A stretch of DNA of 20,000 nt from an uncultured virus (IMG/VR IMGVR_UViG_3300046727_000499) (taxonomy: Duplodnaviria > Heunggongvirae > Uroviricota > Caudoviricetes). Position numbers and translations under genes: made by a program. This document shows positions 6,976 through 15,989 of this stretch, one piece after another (positions within the stretch are counted from its first letter, which is position 1; each line of letters opens with the position of its first letter). The stretch lies in the IMG/VR virus record IMGVR_UViG_3300046727_000499; one strand, written 5' to 3'. The notes beneath the pieces were generated by a model. The model saw nothing but the letters and a program-made list of their open reading frames with translations, was not told where the DNA came from and made no database searches.

Positions 6976-9900
6976 GTGCCTGATTCCCTCGTCCGGGTAC
7001 AACTGCAGGCGACCGGCGCGGACCAGATCCTGGCGACGCTGCGTGCGGTGCGGCAGGAAGTGGCGCTGCTCGGGCAGCAGAGCGCGCGCATCAACCTGGC
7101 CGCGAACACGACCGTCGTCAACCAGCAACTCGGGCAGGTCACGACCCAACTGACGCGCATCAATGCGATAACGGCACGGGCGCGCGTGGACGTCGATACG
7201 TCGCAGGCCGAGAGCAGACTCTCCGGGCTGGAATCCAAGGTCTCGTCGCTGATGACCGGCACCCTGGCGGCAGCCGGGGCGATTATTGGCGTGCAGATCA
7301 CGCGCGGCATCGGCGCGGCGACCGACGCCATCGTCGGCTTCAACAGCACGCTCGAACAGACGCGCATCGCCTTTACCTCGCTCTTCGGTTCCGCCTCGCG
7401 GGCGAACGACTTCATGGCGCAGTTGCAGGACTTCGCCAAGAAGACTCCGTTTGACTTCGAGGCCGTCAATCACTATGCGCAGCGCCTGCTCGCGGTCGGC
7501 TTCGCGGCAAAGGATGTGATCCCCGACCTGACCGCGATGGGCAATGCCGTCGCCGCCGCTGGCGGCAACTCCGAGACGCTCGACCGCGTGACGCTCGCGC
7601 TCGGTCAGATGCACGGCAGTGTGAAACTGACCGCCCAGGACATGAACCAGCTGATCCAGGCGAATATCCCCGCCTGGCGCTTGCTCGCGGACCAGATCGG
7701 CGTCACCGAGGCGCAGGCGCGGAAGATGGCGGACGCCGGCAAGATCTCCGGCGCGGACGCCTCTGCGGCGATCATTGCCGCCATGAGTCAGCAGAACGTC
7801 GGCCTGATGGACCAGATGTCGAAGACGTTTGCGGGCCGGCTGGAAAACCTCAAAGACACCTTCCGCAGTGAAATGGCGGATCTCGGCAAGCCGCTCTTCG
7901 AGGAGCTGTCGAAGGCGGTCGATCTGGCGAGCGAGGCGCTGGCGTCGCCGAAGTTCAAGCAGGCCGCGCTGGACATGGTCAACGACCTGACGGCCATCAC
8001 GCGCGCCGCCGAATCAGTTGGCACCGCCTTTGGGAAGATCCCGCCCGGCGTCTCCTCCTTCCTCGAGGGCGCGCTCGCTCCCGGCCACGCGCTGATTGGC
8101 GCCATCAAGTCACTGGGGGCCGGGCCCAACCTGCCGGGCATGACCGTCCCTGAACCGCCCGCCGCCGCAGGCGAAGCCCCCGGCGGTGGCGCCGCATTGC
8201 TCCAGCAGCGCGCGGCCACCGGCATCATGACGGACTTGACGAATCAGGTACGCACGGGCGCGATGACGGCCGACCAGGCGCGCCAGCAGTGGCGGGCGCT
8301 CTCCGAGACGTTCGGCGGGCTCTTCGGCAATGCCTCGGATCTCTCGCGCCTCTTCAGCGGCGAACTCAACCAGGCGATCGCGGACCATATCACGCAGGTC
8401 AATGACGCGACGGCCGCGCATGAGCGGTTGCAGGACACGCTCAAGCAGGCGGGCCAGGCCCAGGCACTCGGGGCTTCCTCCGAGGATGTCGGTCGCGCGA
8501 TCTTCGGCATCACGGGCACGGGTGCGCAGGCGACGCCCGAGCAGATCCAGCGGGCGAAACAGGACATTCAGGACCTGACGACCGCCTATCAGCGCGCCGC
8601 CTCCGTGATCGGCACGGTCGATCTCGCGCACGGCATCGCCGGCTTCGCGGCGGTCGCGCCCGACCTCGCCCGCGCCCGTGACAGTCTGCGCGACCTCGGC
8701 CAGAGCAACCAGGCACTCGACAACCTCGCCTCGCTCGCCACCCAGTTCAAGTCCCTCACCGACGCCACGGATGCGGCGACGACCGCGTACCGCGGCTTCA
8801 TGCTCACGCTCACGGAGACCGACCAGAAGATCCAGCAACTGAGCACCTTCCGCGGACAGGTGACGGCCGCAGTCAGCGATGCCGACCGCCGGCGGTCACT
8901 CGGGATTGCCACGCCGGAAGACCTGACGCTGCTCGCGAACTATAAAAATATCCTCGCCAACATCGACACGATGAAGACGGGATTGCAGCGGAACGCCACG
9001 GGCGACATCCTCGGCATCGCGGCGAACTACCCCGACCTGAAGAAGAGCGACGACACGCTGCGGGACATGATCGGCAAGCTCGGCGGCCCGCAGCAGCTCG
9101 AGATCGATGTCAAGACGAACACGGACAAGGCGCTCGAGCAGATCAACGACCTGCTGACGAAACCGCATCAGGCAACGATTGACGTCCAGATCGCCACCCA
9201 TCTGACGGGGCTGCCGCCTGCACTCGCGAACATCATCGCGAGTGCCGCTGGCGCACAAGCGGTGGGAGGGGCCAGCGATGGCGGCTACGCGCGGCCGACG
9301 ACGCAACGCCTGGTCGGCGGCGGCCCGTACGGCAGTGGCACGCTCTATCAACCGGGCGGCGCGATCGGCAGCGCTGGCGGCGGTGGGGCTGGCTGGAACC
9401 AGTTCCAACCGCTCTCGCAGGCACAGTACGGCGGCATCGTCTCCTCCGGGCCGCTGGCGAACCCGCAGGTCTATGCCGGGGTGATGGCTGCGGCGCAGGA
9501 GTACAACGTCGATCCGCGCGCCTTACTCGCCTTCGTCAAAAATGAGGGCGTTGCGCCATCGCTTGCTGCCGTCAACAACTTCGGCGGCATCAAGGGAAAA
9601 GGCGGTCCGGCCGCGCCCGCGAATGAAGGCGGCACCTACGCCGCGTACAGCAGTCCCGCCGATTTCTTCCGCTCGCTGGCCGCGAATCTCACCACCGGCG
9701 CCTACGCGGGCGACTATCAGTCGGGCAATCTCGCGGCCGTGCGCCAGCGGTACGTGGCCGGAAGTGCGACACCGAGCGCAGCGCAGCAAGCGAACATCGC
9801 GAACACCGTTTCCTCCTACAACGACCTCGTGCAGCAATACCCGTCAGGCGCTGGTGGCGTGATCACGCCGCAGGTGCCGGGGTCGTCAACGCTGACCAGT

Positions 9901-12057
9901 CGCGTGTCCCTGACGCAGCCGACACCGATTCAGGCGGGCGCGGGTCAGACGGTAACGCCCAATCAGGTCGCGGCCATGCGCAAGCGTGCGAACGAACTCG
10001 CGGGCAGCGCCTATGTCTACGGCGGCGGTCATTCCAGCCAGGATGCGGGCGGGTTCGACTGTTCCGGCTACGTGATCGAAGTGCTGCGCGCCGGCGGTAT
10101 CAACGCGCCCTTCACCGATGCCGGTGGGCTCTACAAGTGGGCACAGACGGCGGAGGGATCGAAGCTCCTCGACGCCGCGGGCATCCAACTGGGCTTCTAC
10201 AATCCCGGCGCCGGCGGCATGAACGAGCATGTTGGTATTAACATCGGCGGCGACTGGTTCGAGAGTGGTGGGCAGCGCGGCGATACCGCGGGGCCGTCAC
10301 CGAACGCGGCGAAGGGGCTCAACAAGTTCGTCGGCACCCCACACGCCGTCGCGGCCGCAACGGGCGGGGGCATCGCCCTGGCGCAATCGACGGGCGGCGG
10401 GACGAGCGATCTGACGGGTGCCGCCGGTGGTGGTGACCTCGCCAGTATCATCAGCGGTGCGGCCACCACTGCCGGTCGCGCTGGGGCTGGTGCGATCCAG
10501 GGAGCCGGGATCGGCAAGACGCTGGCGAGCCTCAACCCGCAGGACGCGCAGAACACGCTTGCCGCCTATCAGCAGATTCTGCCGATGCTGCGTGAAGCGG
10601 CGAACATGAAATACCCCGAACTGCCCGTGACGGCAGAGAACGAGGCATTGCAGCAAGGTCTGGGCTTCCTCCAGGCGTGGGGTCAGGCGCAGGGCGACAT
10701 TCGCACGGGTGCATCGGGCTTCGCCGACGACATGCAGCGCGTGACCGACATCATCGGTGGGCCACTCGGCGCGGCATACGGCCGCATCCTCCAGGCGCAA
10801 TACCAGTCCGCGCGCATCAACGAGCAGATCGTCTCCACGCAGAGCGCGATCACGCAGTTGGACACCGCCCATCAAGCGACGGTCGATCAGCGGACGGCGG
10901 CGGACCGCGCTTCCGGCCGCCAGCAGACAATGCAGGGCTGGGCCGACCAGGCGTCCGACCAGGCACGGCAACGGCGGCAGCAGGCGGGCGCGCAGGGGAT
11001 TCAGGATGCGCAGAGCGCCGAGAACCGCGGCTACACCGGGGTGACGCGCTCATTCCAGGACCGGCAGCGCGCGTTGCAGTTCTCGCAGCAGGTGCAGGGC
11101 ACCGACCTGCAAAATCAACTGGCGGACCTCCAACAGCAGCAGACGAGAACCGGCTACCAGCGGACGGCGCAGGAGCAACTCGTCTCGGCGCAGGTCAAAG
11201 GCGCCGGCACGAACGAGGCAGCGGCGCAACTGGCGGCGAACCTCGCTGCGATGCATGACCGCGACCTCCTGCAGAAGGACGCGGACACGAAGGCCATCGA
11301 TGATCTGCAGGAGAAGATCCGCCTGCAACAGAAGCAAGCGAATCTCGACTCCTACAATCTGGAGACGGAGCAGATTCAGGCGCAGCGGGCACACGAAGAC
11401 CGGATGGCGCAACTTGACGATCAGGCCACGGCGCAGCAGCGGAACGCCCAGGCGGAGGACGAGGCGATCCAGGAGAGTCGGACCGCACGCGATCAGGCCC
11501 ACCAGATGGAGCTCTGGCAGGTCGAGGATAGCCGTGCCGCCGAAGATGCCGCATACCAGCAGCAAAAGGCGTCGCTGGAGGAGCGACTGACCGGCTTGCA
11601 GGCGGAAAAGCAGGCGCAGGACGACCTCATCACCACACTGCAGCAGATGATCGGGCTGATGGGACAGTTCGGGGACGCCGGCCAGACCGCACTCAGTCAG
11701 CTCGTCTCCGGCACGCAGGGGATGCTGACAGGCGAGTCGAAGGCGAGCCATCCCACGGGCGGCTGGATACCGAAGCTCGCCGCCGGCGGCACCGTGCCGA
11801 TTGGCGGCCAGGCATTCGTCGGTGAGTCGGGCATCGAGCATCTGCTGATGACTCCGAAGGGAGCGGTCGTCACGCCGATGGGGTCGGCTCCTGCTGCATC
11901 GGGTGGTGGGGTCGTCGTCAACATCGGTACGATCAACGGCGGCATGAGCGAGGACCAGATCGCGGACGTGACGCAGCAGTTCAATCAGGCGCTGCGCGAC
12001 GCGGTGCGTAAGGCCGGCACCGCGTCACGCGCCCAGAGCCGCGCACTCGGAAGGTGA
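6976..12057 (+). CDS. Tape measure protein with internal GH73-like muralytic and NlpC/P60 domains (1693 aa)
   Basis: Longest ORF, after the chaperones. Tape-measure N-terminal motifs LEQTRIAFTSLFGS, FAKKTPF, ALGQM and GRLENLKD; internal NNFGGIK and YVYGG...FDCSG...HVGI; Gln-rich coiled coil; C-terminal LAAGG...VGESGIE motif. GTG start with AGGAG RBS. Confidence 0.95.
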   Translation: MPDSLVRVQLQATGADQILATLRAVRQEVALLGQQSARINLAANTTVVNQQLGQVTTQLTRINAITARARVDVDTSQAESRLSGLESKVSSLMTGTLAAAGAIIGVQITRGIGAATDAIVGFNSTLEQTRIAFTSLFGSASRANDFMAQLQDFAKKTPFDFEAVNHYAQRLLAVGFAAKDVIPDLTAMGNAVAAAGGNSETLDRVTLALGQMHGSVKLTAQDMNQLIQANIPAWRLLADQIGVTEAQARKMADAGKISGADASAAIIAAMSQQNVGLMDQMSKTFAGRLENLKDTFRSEMADLGKPLFEELSKAVDLASEALASPKFKQAALDMVNDLTAITRAAESVGTAFGKIPPGVSSFLEGALAPGHALIGAIKSLGAGPNLPGMTVPEPPAAAGEAPGGGAALLQQRAATGIMTDLTNQVRTGAMTADQARQQWRALSETFGGLFGNASDLSRLFSGELNQAIADHITQVNDATAAHERLQDTLKQAGQAQALGASSEDVGRAIFGITGTGAQATPEQIQRAKQDIQDLTTAYQRAASVIGTVDLAHGIAGFAAVAPDLARARDSLRDLGQSNQALDNLASLATQFKSLTDATDAATTAYRGFMLTLTETDQKIQQLSTFRGQVTAAVSDADRRRSLGIATPEDLTLLANYKNILANIDTMKTGLQRNATGDILGIAANYPDLKKSDDTLRDMIGKLGGPQQLEIDVKTNTDKALEQINDLLTKPHQATIDVQIATHLTGLPPALANIIASAAGAQAVGGASDGGYARPTTQRLVGGGPYGSGTLYQPGGAIGSAGGGGAGWNQFQPLSQAQYGGIVSSGPLANPQVYAGVMAAAQEYNVDPRALLAFVKNEGVAPSLAAVNNFGGIKGKGGPAAPANEGGTYAAYSSPADFFRSLAANLTTGAYAGDYQSGNLAAVRQRYVAGSATPSAAQQANIANTVSSYNDLVQQYPSGAGGVITPQVPGSSTLTSRVSLTQPTPIQAGAGQTVTPNQVAAMRKRANELAGSAYVYGGGHSSQDAGGFDCSGYVIEVLRAGGINAPFTDAGGLYKWAQTAEGSKLLDAAGIQLGFYNPGAGGMNEHVGINIGGDWFESGGQRGDTAGPSPNAAKGLNKFVGTPHAVAAATGGGIALAQSTGGGTSDLTGAAGGGDLASIISGAATTAGRAGAGAIQGAGIGKTLASLNPQDAQNTLAAYQQILPMLREAANMKYPELPVTAENEALQQGLGFLQAWGQAQGDIRTGASGFADDMQRVTDIIGGPLGAAYGRILQAQYQSARINEQIVSTQSAITQLDTAHQATVDQRTAADRASGRQQTMQGWADQASDQARQRRQQAGAQGIQDAQSAENRGYTGVTRSFQDRQRALQFSQQVQGTDLQNQLADLQQQQTRTGYQRTAQEQLVSAQVKGAGTNEAAAQLAANLAAMHDRDLLQKDADTKAIDDLQEKIRLQQKQANLDSYNLETEQIQAQRAHEDRMAQLDDQATAQQRNAQAEDEAIQESRTARDQAHQMELWQVEDSRAAEDAAYQQQKASLEERLTGLQAEKQAQDDLITTLQQMIGLMGQFGDAGQTALSQLVSGTQGMLTGESKASHPTGGWIPKLAAGGTVPIGGQAFVGESGIEHLLMTPKGAVVTPMGSAPAASGGGVVVNIGTINGGMSEDQIADVTQQFNQALRDAVRKAGTASRAQSRALGR

Positions 12058-12124
12058 GGGTACCGGTATCGGGTTCTTAAGGTACCTGTACCAGCTTGAT
12101 CTGGATCCGGCTGACGGCGCCTAC

Positions 12125-13006
12125 GTGCCGTACGAGTTCCGGCCGATCAACATGAGCATGAGCCGTGATTTTGCGCGACGGGAGTCCGTGCTGGTGGTTC
12201 CGGGCGCGGATTCAGTGCTGGACGCTTTCGGCGCCGGCGCCGGCCCGATGGACCGGCGCGATCAATCGTTTTCGTTCCGCCGCTTCACCCACGGCAACAA
12301 TGACGCCGTCTACGATACGCTCGCCGCCTGGCTCGCGCCCGGTCTGCCGCTCCGCCTCGTCTACCAGACCGACCAGTTGGGGCTCTGGTATACCGTCGGC
12401 TACAATCCACGGATCGCGCTGACGGAGACGTCGGGCGGCAACTGGGGCGAGGACGGGTATCTTGACTTCACCATTACCTGGCGCATCCGCCCCGACTGGC
12501 GCGCGCGGTTCAGCGAGGATAGCGAGCGCTTCACCTCCGTCTCCCGCTTCGCCCCCGGGACCGTCTTCGGCGGGACGGGGACGATACCGATCACCGCGAA
12601 CCCGCAGGCGATCTCGATCGATGCGCGCGGCACGGCGGGCCTCGATCTGCCCACCCTCCCCGACACCGGCGCAACGATCTCCGTGCATGGGCCGGTTGGC
12701 GGCAGTCTCGGCTTCCGGGTGACCAGTTTCTCCGCTTTCGCCGTCGATGCGTCGGGGACGAAGCAGCCACTGTACTTTGACGTGCCGTTCCCGCTGCCGC
12801 TCGCCACTGACAGCGTCACGCTCAACTTCGCGTCGCAGACGTTCCTGCATAACGGTGCGCCGTTTCGGCCGGTCAAGCCCGCATATCAATCGCACTACTG
12901 GGAGATCGCGCCCGGTGTGCTGAACGGTGGTCAGGTCGCCGCGCTCGGCACGTCCCCCCTGGTGGGCGGGCTGATCCGCTTCTCGTGGTTCCGTAAGCGC
13001 GCATAG
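12125..13006 (+). CDS. Probable distal tail (Dit-like) minor tail protein; start uncertain, possibly 12068
   Basis: Directly after the tape measure gene, about 300 aa, beta-rich, ending ...WEIAPGVLNG...IRFSWFRKRA like many Dit proteins. Family assignment is inference. Confidence 0.65.
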   Translation: MPYEFRPINMSMSRDFARRESVLVVPGADSVLDAFGAGAGPMDRRDQSFSFRRFTHGNNDAVYDTLAAWLAPGLPLRLVYQTDQLGLWYTVGYNPRIALTETSGGNWGEDGYLDFTITWRIRPDWRARFSEDSERFTSVSRFAPGTVFGGTGTIPITANPQAISIDARGTAGLDLPTLPDTGATISVHGPVGGSLGFRVTSFSAFAVDASGTKQPLYFDVPFPLPLATDSVTLNFASQTFLHNGAPFRPVKPAYQSHYWEIAPGVLNGGQVAALGTSPLVGGLIRFSWFRKRA

Positions 13007-13121
13007 TGGTTCACCGCATGCCGATCCTTGCCCCTTTGCACGAGACCGTGTCAGTGCGGTTCGCGGCAAAGGGGCAAGGATGTACCGCTACGAAGACGGT
13101 CACATGCATGCGGTGAACCAC
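13006..13121. other. 116-nt nested inverted-repeat element, a predicted three-way-junction RNA or DNA cruciform
   Basis: GTGGTTCACCGCATGC (13006-13021) is the exact reverse complement of 13106-13121. ATCCTTGCCCCTTTGC (13024-13039) is the exact reverse complement of 13066-13081. A third short hairpin lies at 13082-13103. Confidence 0.85.
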
Positions 13122-13141
13122 GGAGAGGACGAGGCACCATC

Positions 13142-14548
13142 ATGCCCATGAGTTACGCTTCGGCGGGTGTGGTCGCACCCGCGAACGCGACCGACAACTC
13201 GTTCGTCTTCTTCAAGGCGACATTCGATCATATCTTCGGCGTCTTCAACAGCTTCGAGACGGCGAACAATGCCGCACTCGCGACGACGAACAGTAACGTC
13301 GCGGGGAACACCTCGAGCATCGGCACGATCAACACGCTGCTCGGCACGCGCACCGCGGCCGCGTCGGCGAACTCGATGATGATGCGCGACGCCAACGCGG
13401 CCACCGCGCTCGGCGGCCTCTCCGTGGTCTCCACGCAGCCGGGCGCCGCGACCGTCGTGCTGCGGCCGATCAGCGGACAAACCTTCCCCCTCGTCACGGT
13501 GCAAAACGCGGCGGGCACGGTCAACACCGCCTATATCGGCTTTGATGGCTCATTCACCTCGACACCCGGCTTTGTGGGCGACCTCGCGGGCAATGCCACG
13601 GGCGTCAAGGGGATCGCGGCACACGCCCTGCTCGTCGGCGCCGGTGCGGGCGCCATGGCCGCACTGCCGCCTGGGTCCGCGGGCTATGTCCTGACATCGC
13701 AGGGAGCGGCGCTCGATCCCGTCTGGTCCGCCCCGACTGGCGGCAGCGGCGGCGGCGGAACGGCGTCCACGATCACGACGGGCGGCACCGGCGATGCGTC
13801 ACTGATTGACATCACGACGCCGCTCGTCCAGAACGTCGTCAACGCGCTCTCCGTCACCGGCGGCACGAGTCTGCAAATCGCCGCCAGCAGTAGCACGAAG
13901 CTCGGACTCTCGGTCGGCGGGCGCTGGCGCACGAATACCGCGAACGCGACGACGAACGCCGTGTCGGGCGGAGCCGGGAACCGCTATCTGGTCGCGGACA
14001 TCTCGGGCGCGGTCGTCGGTGGCAACGGCATCGCCTTCTCGCTGAATACCACAGCAACGCTGACGAACCAGTACCAGTTGCTCATCTGCGCGGTGCGCTG
14101 GGATGGCACGACGCTGCAACTCGATGCCTCCACCACCGACTTCACGAATCTTGTGCCGACAATCAACTCGACCGGCTTTCTCCCCGCCGTCCTCGCACAG
14201 GATTACACCGCTGGCGCGCTGACGAACGCGGGCTTTCAGAACCTGGCGAATGGCATCACCACCACGCTCCATTTCCCCACGGCGCTGCGCGGACTGATCG
14301 TCTTTAGCTTCGATCTCGCGCAAGGCGCAGCGGCACAGAACGGCTATCTCTATCTCAGTGTCGATGGTGGACTCGTGGGGAAAAACGTCCAGTTCAACGG
14401 CGTGCCAATCAATCAGACGCTGACGCTGACCGGGCAGCTGCGCGTCTCGCTCGGTGCGGGTGCACATACGTTCGTCGTGCAGGCATTTTGCGGCACGGTC
14501 GGCCCGACGGTCGGCGCGGTCAGCGTCAACGGCTTCTTCTATCGGTAG
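13142..14548 (+). CDS. Tail fibre or receptor-binding-like minor tail protein (468 aa)
   Basis: GAGG RBS before ATG 13142. Gly/Ala/Thr/Asn-rich; fibre-type segment LPPGSAGYVLTSQGAALDPVW, a Gly linker, and a C-terminal beta domain ending LGAGAHTFVVQ. Confidence 0.7.
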   Translation: MPMSYASAGVVAPANATDNSFVFFKATFDHIFGVFNSFETANNAALATTNSNVAGNTSSIGTINTLLGTRTAAASANSMMMRDANAATALGGLSVVSTQPGAATVVLRPISGQTFPLVTVQNAAGTVNTAYIGFDGSFTSTPGFVGDLAGNATGVKGIAAHALLVGAGAGAMAALPPGSAGYVLTSQGAALDPVWSAPTGGSGGGGTASTITTGGTGDASLIDITTPLVQNVVNALSVTGGTSLQIAASSSTKLGLSVGGRWRTNTANATTNAVSGGAGNRYLVADISGAVVGGNGIAFSLNTTATLTNQYQLLICAVRWDGTTLQLDASTTDFTNLVPTINSTGFLPAVLAQDYTAGALTNAGFQNLANGITTTLHFPTALRGLIVFSFDLAQGAAAQNGYLYLSVDGGLVGKNVQFNGVPINQTLTLTGQLRVSLGAGAHTFVVQAFCGTVGPTVGAVSVNGFFYR

Positions 14549-14559
14549 GAGGACAGCGG

Positions 14560-15633
14560 ATGACCATGACGCGCATCGACCAGACGGACGCCAGCGTGAC
14601 CCTGGGTGGCGGACACTGGGGCACCGCCGTCGCGGACGCCAATGCTGTCGGTGGCACCTACGCACGCACGACCACCAATGGTGACACGGCGACCATCGTC
14701 ATCCCGGCCGGTCCTTCGACGGCGATCCTCCAATGCACACGCCTGTCGACCGGCGGCGCGCCCACGATTGTCAACACGACGCTGGGCAGCGCGCCGGTCA
14801 CGTGGGATCAGACGAGCGGCACGAACAATGCCGCCGCCGGCTGGGTCGTCTCGAAAGCTTGCAGCCCGCCGATTGCCCTCAATCCCGCGGTCCCGAACAC
14901 GATCGTCGTCACCGCAGCCGGTGGCGGGGCGACGCTTGATGCCTATGAGAAATACACGCCGTCCGCGATCACGGCCGGGCGCTTCACCGTGGCCGGGCAC
15001 TCGATCACGCAGGGCGCGTTCATCACCAGTCCGACGACGAACCGCTTCACCGCCCTCGCCGCAACCTGGCTCAGCATGACGGAGGACAACACCGGGACAG
15101 CGACCGGGGCAACGCTCGCCGATAACAATCAGGCCGCGTCCCCGGTGCCGCTCTGGACGATCATCCATGTCGGCACGAACTGGGATCAGCGCACACCGGA
15201 AATTGCCTGTTGCATGATCGGGATCAACGACATCTCCACCCTGCTCGCTGCTGACCCGACGCCGGGCTACTACCTCGCCCTCTTCAAGCAGCGCCTGCGC
15301 GAGTTGACCTGGCGGATGAACTACAGCGTGCCCGGCTGCCTGGTGCTCCTCGTCAGCATGACGCCAAACACCAACCTAGGCGGCGCGGTGACGCAGGCGA
15401 ATATCGTCGCCTTCGACCGCGCCATTCAGCAGGTCGCCCTCGAGCCAACGATGACGAACTGCCTGTACGTCAACTGCTGGGATGCGCTCAACACCACCAA
15501 CTACGCATCGGCGGCGATCCTCTCGGACGGGACGCACCCGACCATCTACGGGCACGACCTGATGGCGCGGGCGCTGTTCAAGCAGGTCGCGGCGCGGCGG
15601 GCGTCGCCGGCCGCACTGCGGTTGGTTGCGTGA
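14560..15633 (+). CDS. SGNH/GDSL-family esterase with an N-terminal beta-sandwich domain (357 aa)
   Basis: AGGAGG at 14547-14552, ATG 14560. Block I AGHSITQG, block III MIGINDI, block V DGTHPTIYGH. Confidence 0.85.
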   Translation: MTMTRIDQTDASVTLGGGHWGTAVADANAVGGTYARTTTNGDTATIVIPAGPSTAILQCTRLSTGGAPTIVNTTLGSAPVTWDQTSGTNNAAAGWVVSKACSPPIALNPAVPNTIVVTAAGGGATLDAYEKYTPSAITAGRFTVAGHSITQGAFITSPTTNRFTALAATWLSMTEDNTGTATGATLADNNQAASPVPLWTIIHVGTNWDQRTPEIACCMIGINDISTLLAADPTPGYYLALFKQRLRELTWRMNYSVPGCLVLLVSMTPNTNLGGAVTQANIVAFDRAIQQVALEPTMTNCLYVNCWDALNTTNYASAAILSDGTHPTIYGHDLMARALFKQVAARRASPAALRLVA

Positions 15634-15653
15634 TGTTGGAAAGGAGTTTGCAT

Positions 15654-15986
15654 GTGAATCCTGCCCATGCTGCCCAGCGGGCGCCCGCACCCGAGACCGT
15701 TACATCCTTGGCGGCTTGCCGCGAACCGCTCCAAAACGAGGTTAGGCGCCTGTCCGAGGATGAGTTGTGCTACCACCGGAGGGTCGTCGCGGCAGTGCAG
15801 GAAGCACGGCAGCGATTGGCGCTCGCGGAGGCAGTGGGGAGCGCGTGGTTCGCGCACCTGATGGAGCGCTACGGGCTCGCCGAGACCGATGTCGTCGAAG
15901 TCGATGGCGCCATCACGCGCGTGTCCGCACCGCGGGACGCGCGTGTAGTGCGCGACACGGCATCGCCGTCTCCAAAGAAAGGCTAG
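15654..15986 (+). CDS. Hypothetical helical protein (about 110 aa), possibly a fibre assembly chaperone
   Basis: AAGGAG at 15641-15646 favours GTG 15654; fills the gap between the SGNH gene and the next tail gene. Function unknown. Confidence 0.55.
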   Translation: MNPAHAAQRAPAPETVTSLAACREPLQNEVRRLSEDELCYHRRVVAAVQEARQRLALAEAVGSAWFAHLMERYGLAETDVVEVDGAITRVSAPRDARVVRDTASPSPKKG

Positions 15987-15989
15987 CAG

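Noticed and set aside
13006..13121. Resemblance of GTGGTTCACCGCATGC to type I-E CRISPR repeat ends (mini-array or solitary repeat)
   Set aside because: The copies are inverted rather than direct, only 16 bp long, lack a repeat-spacer period, and no cas genes are present.
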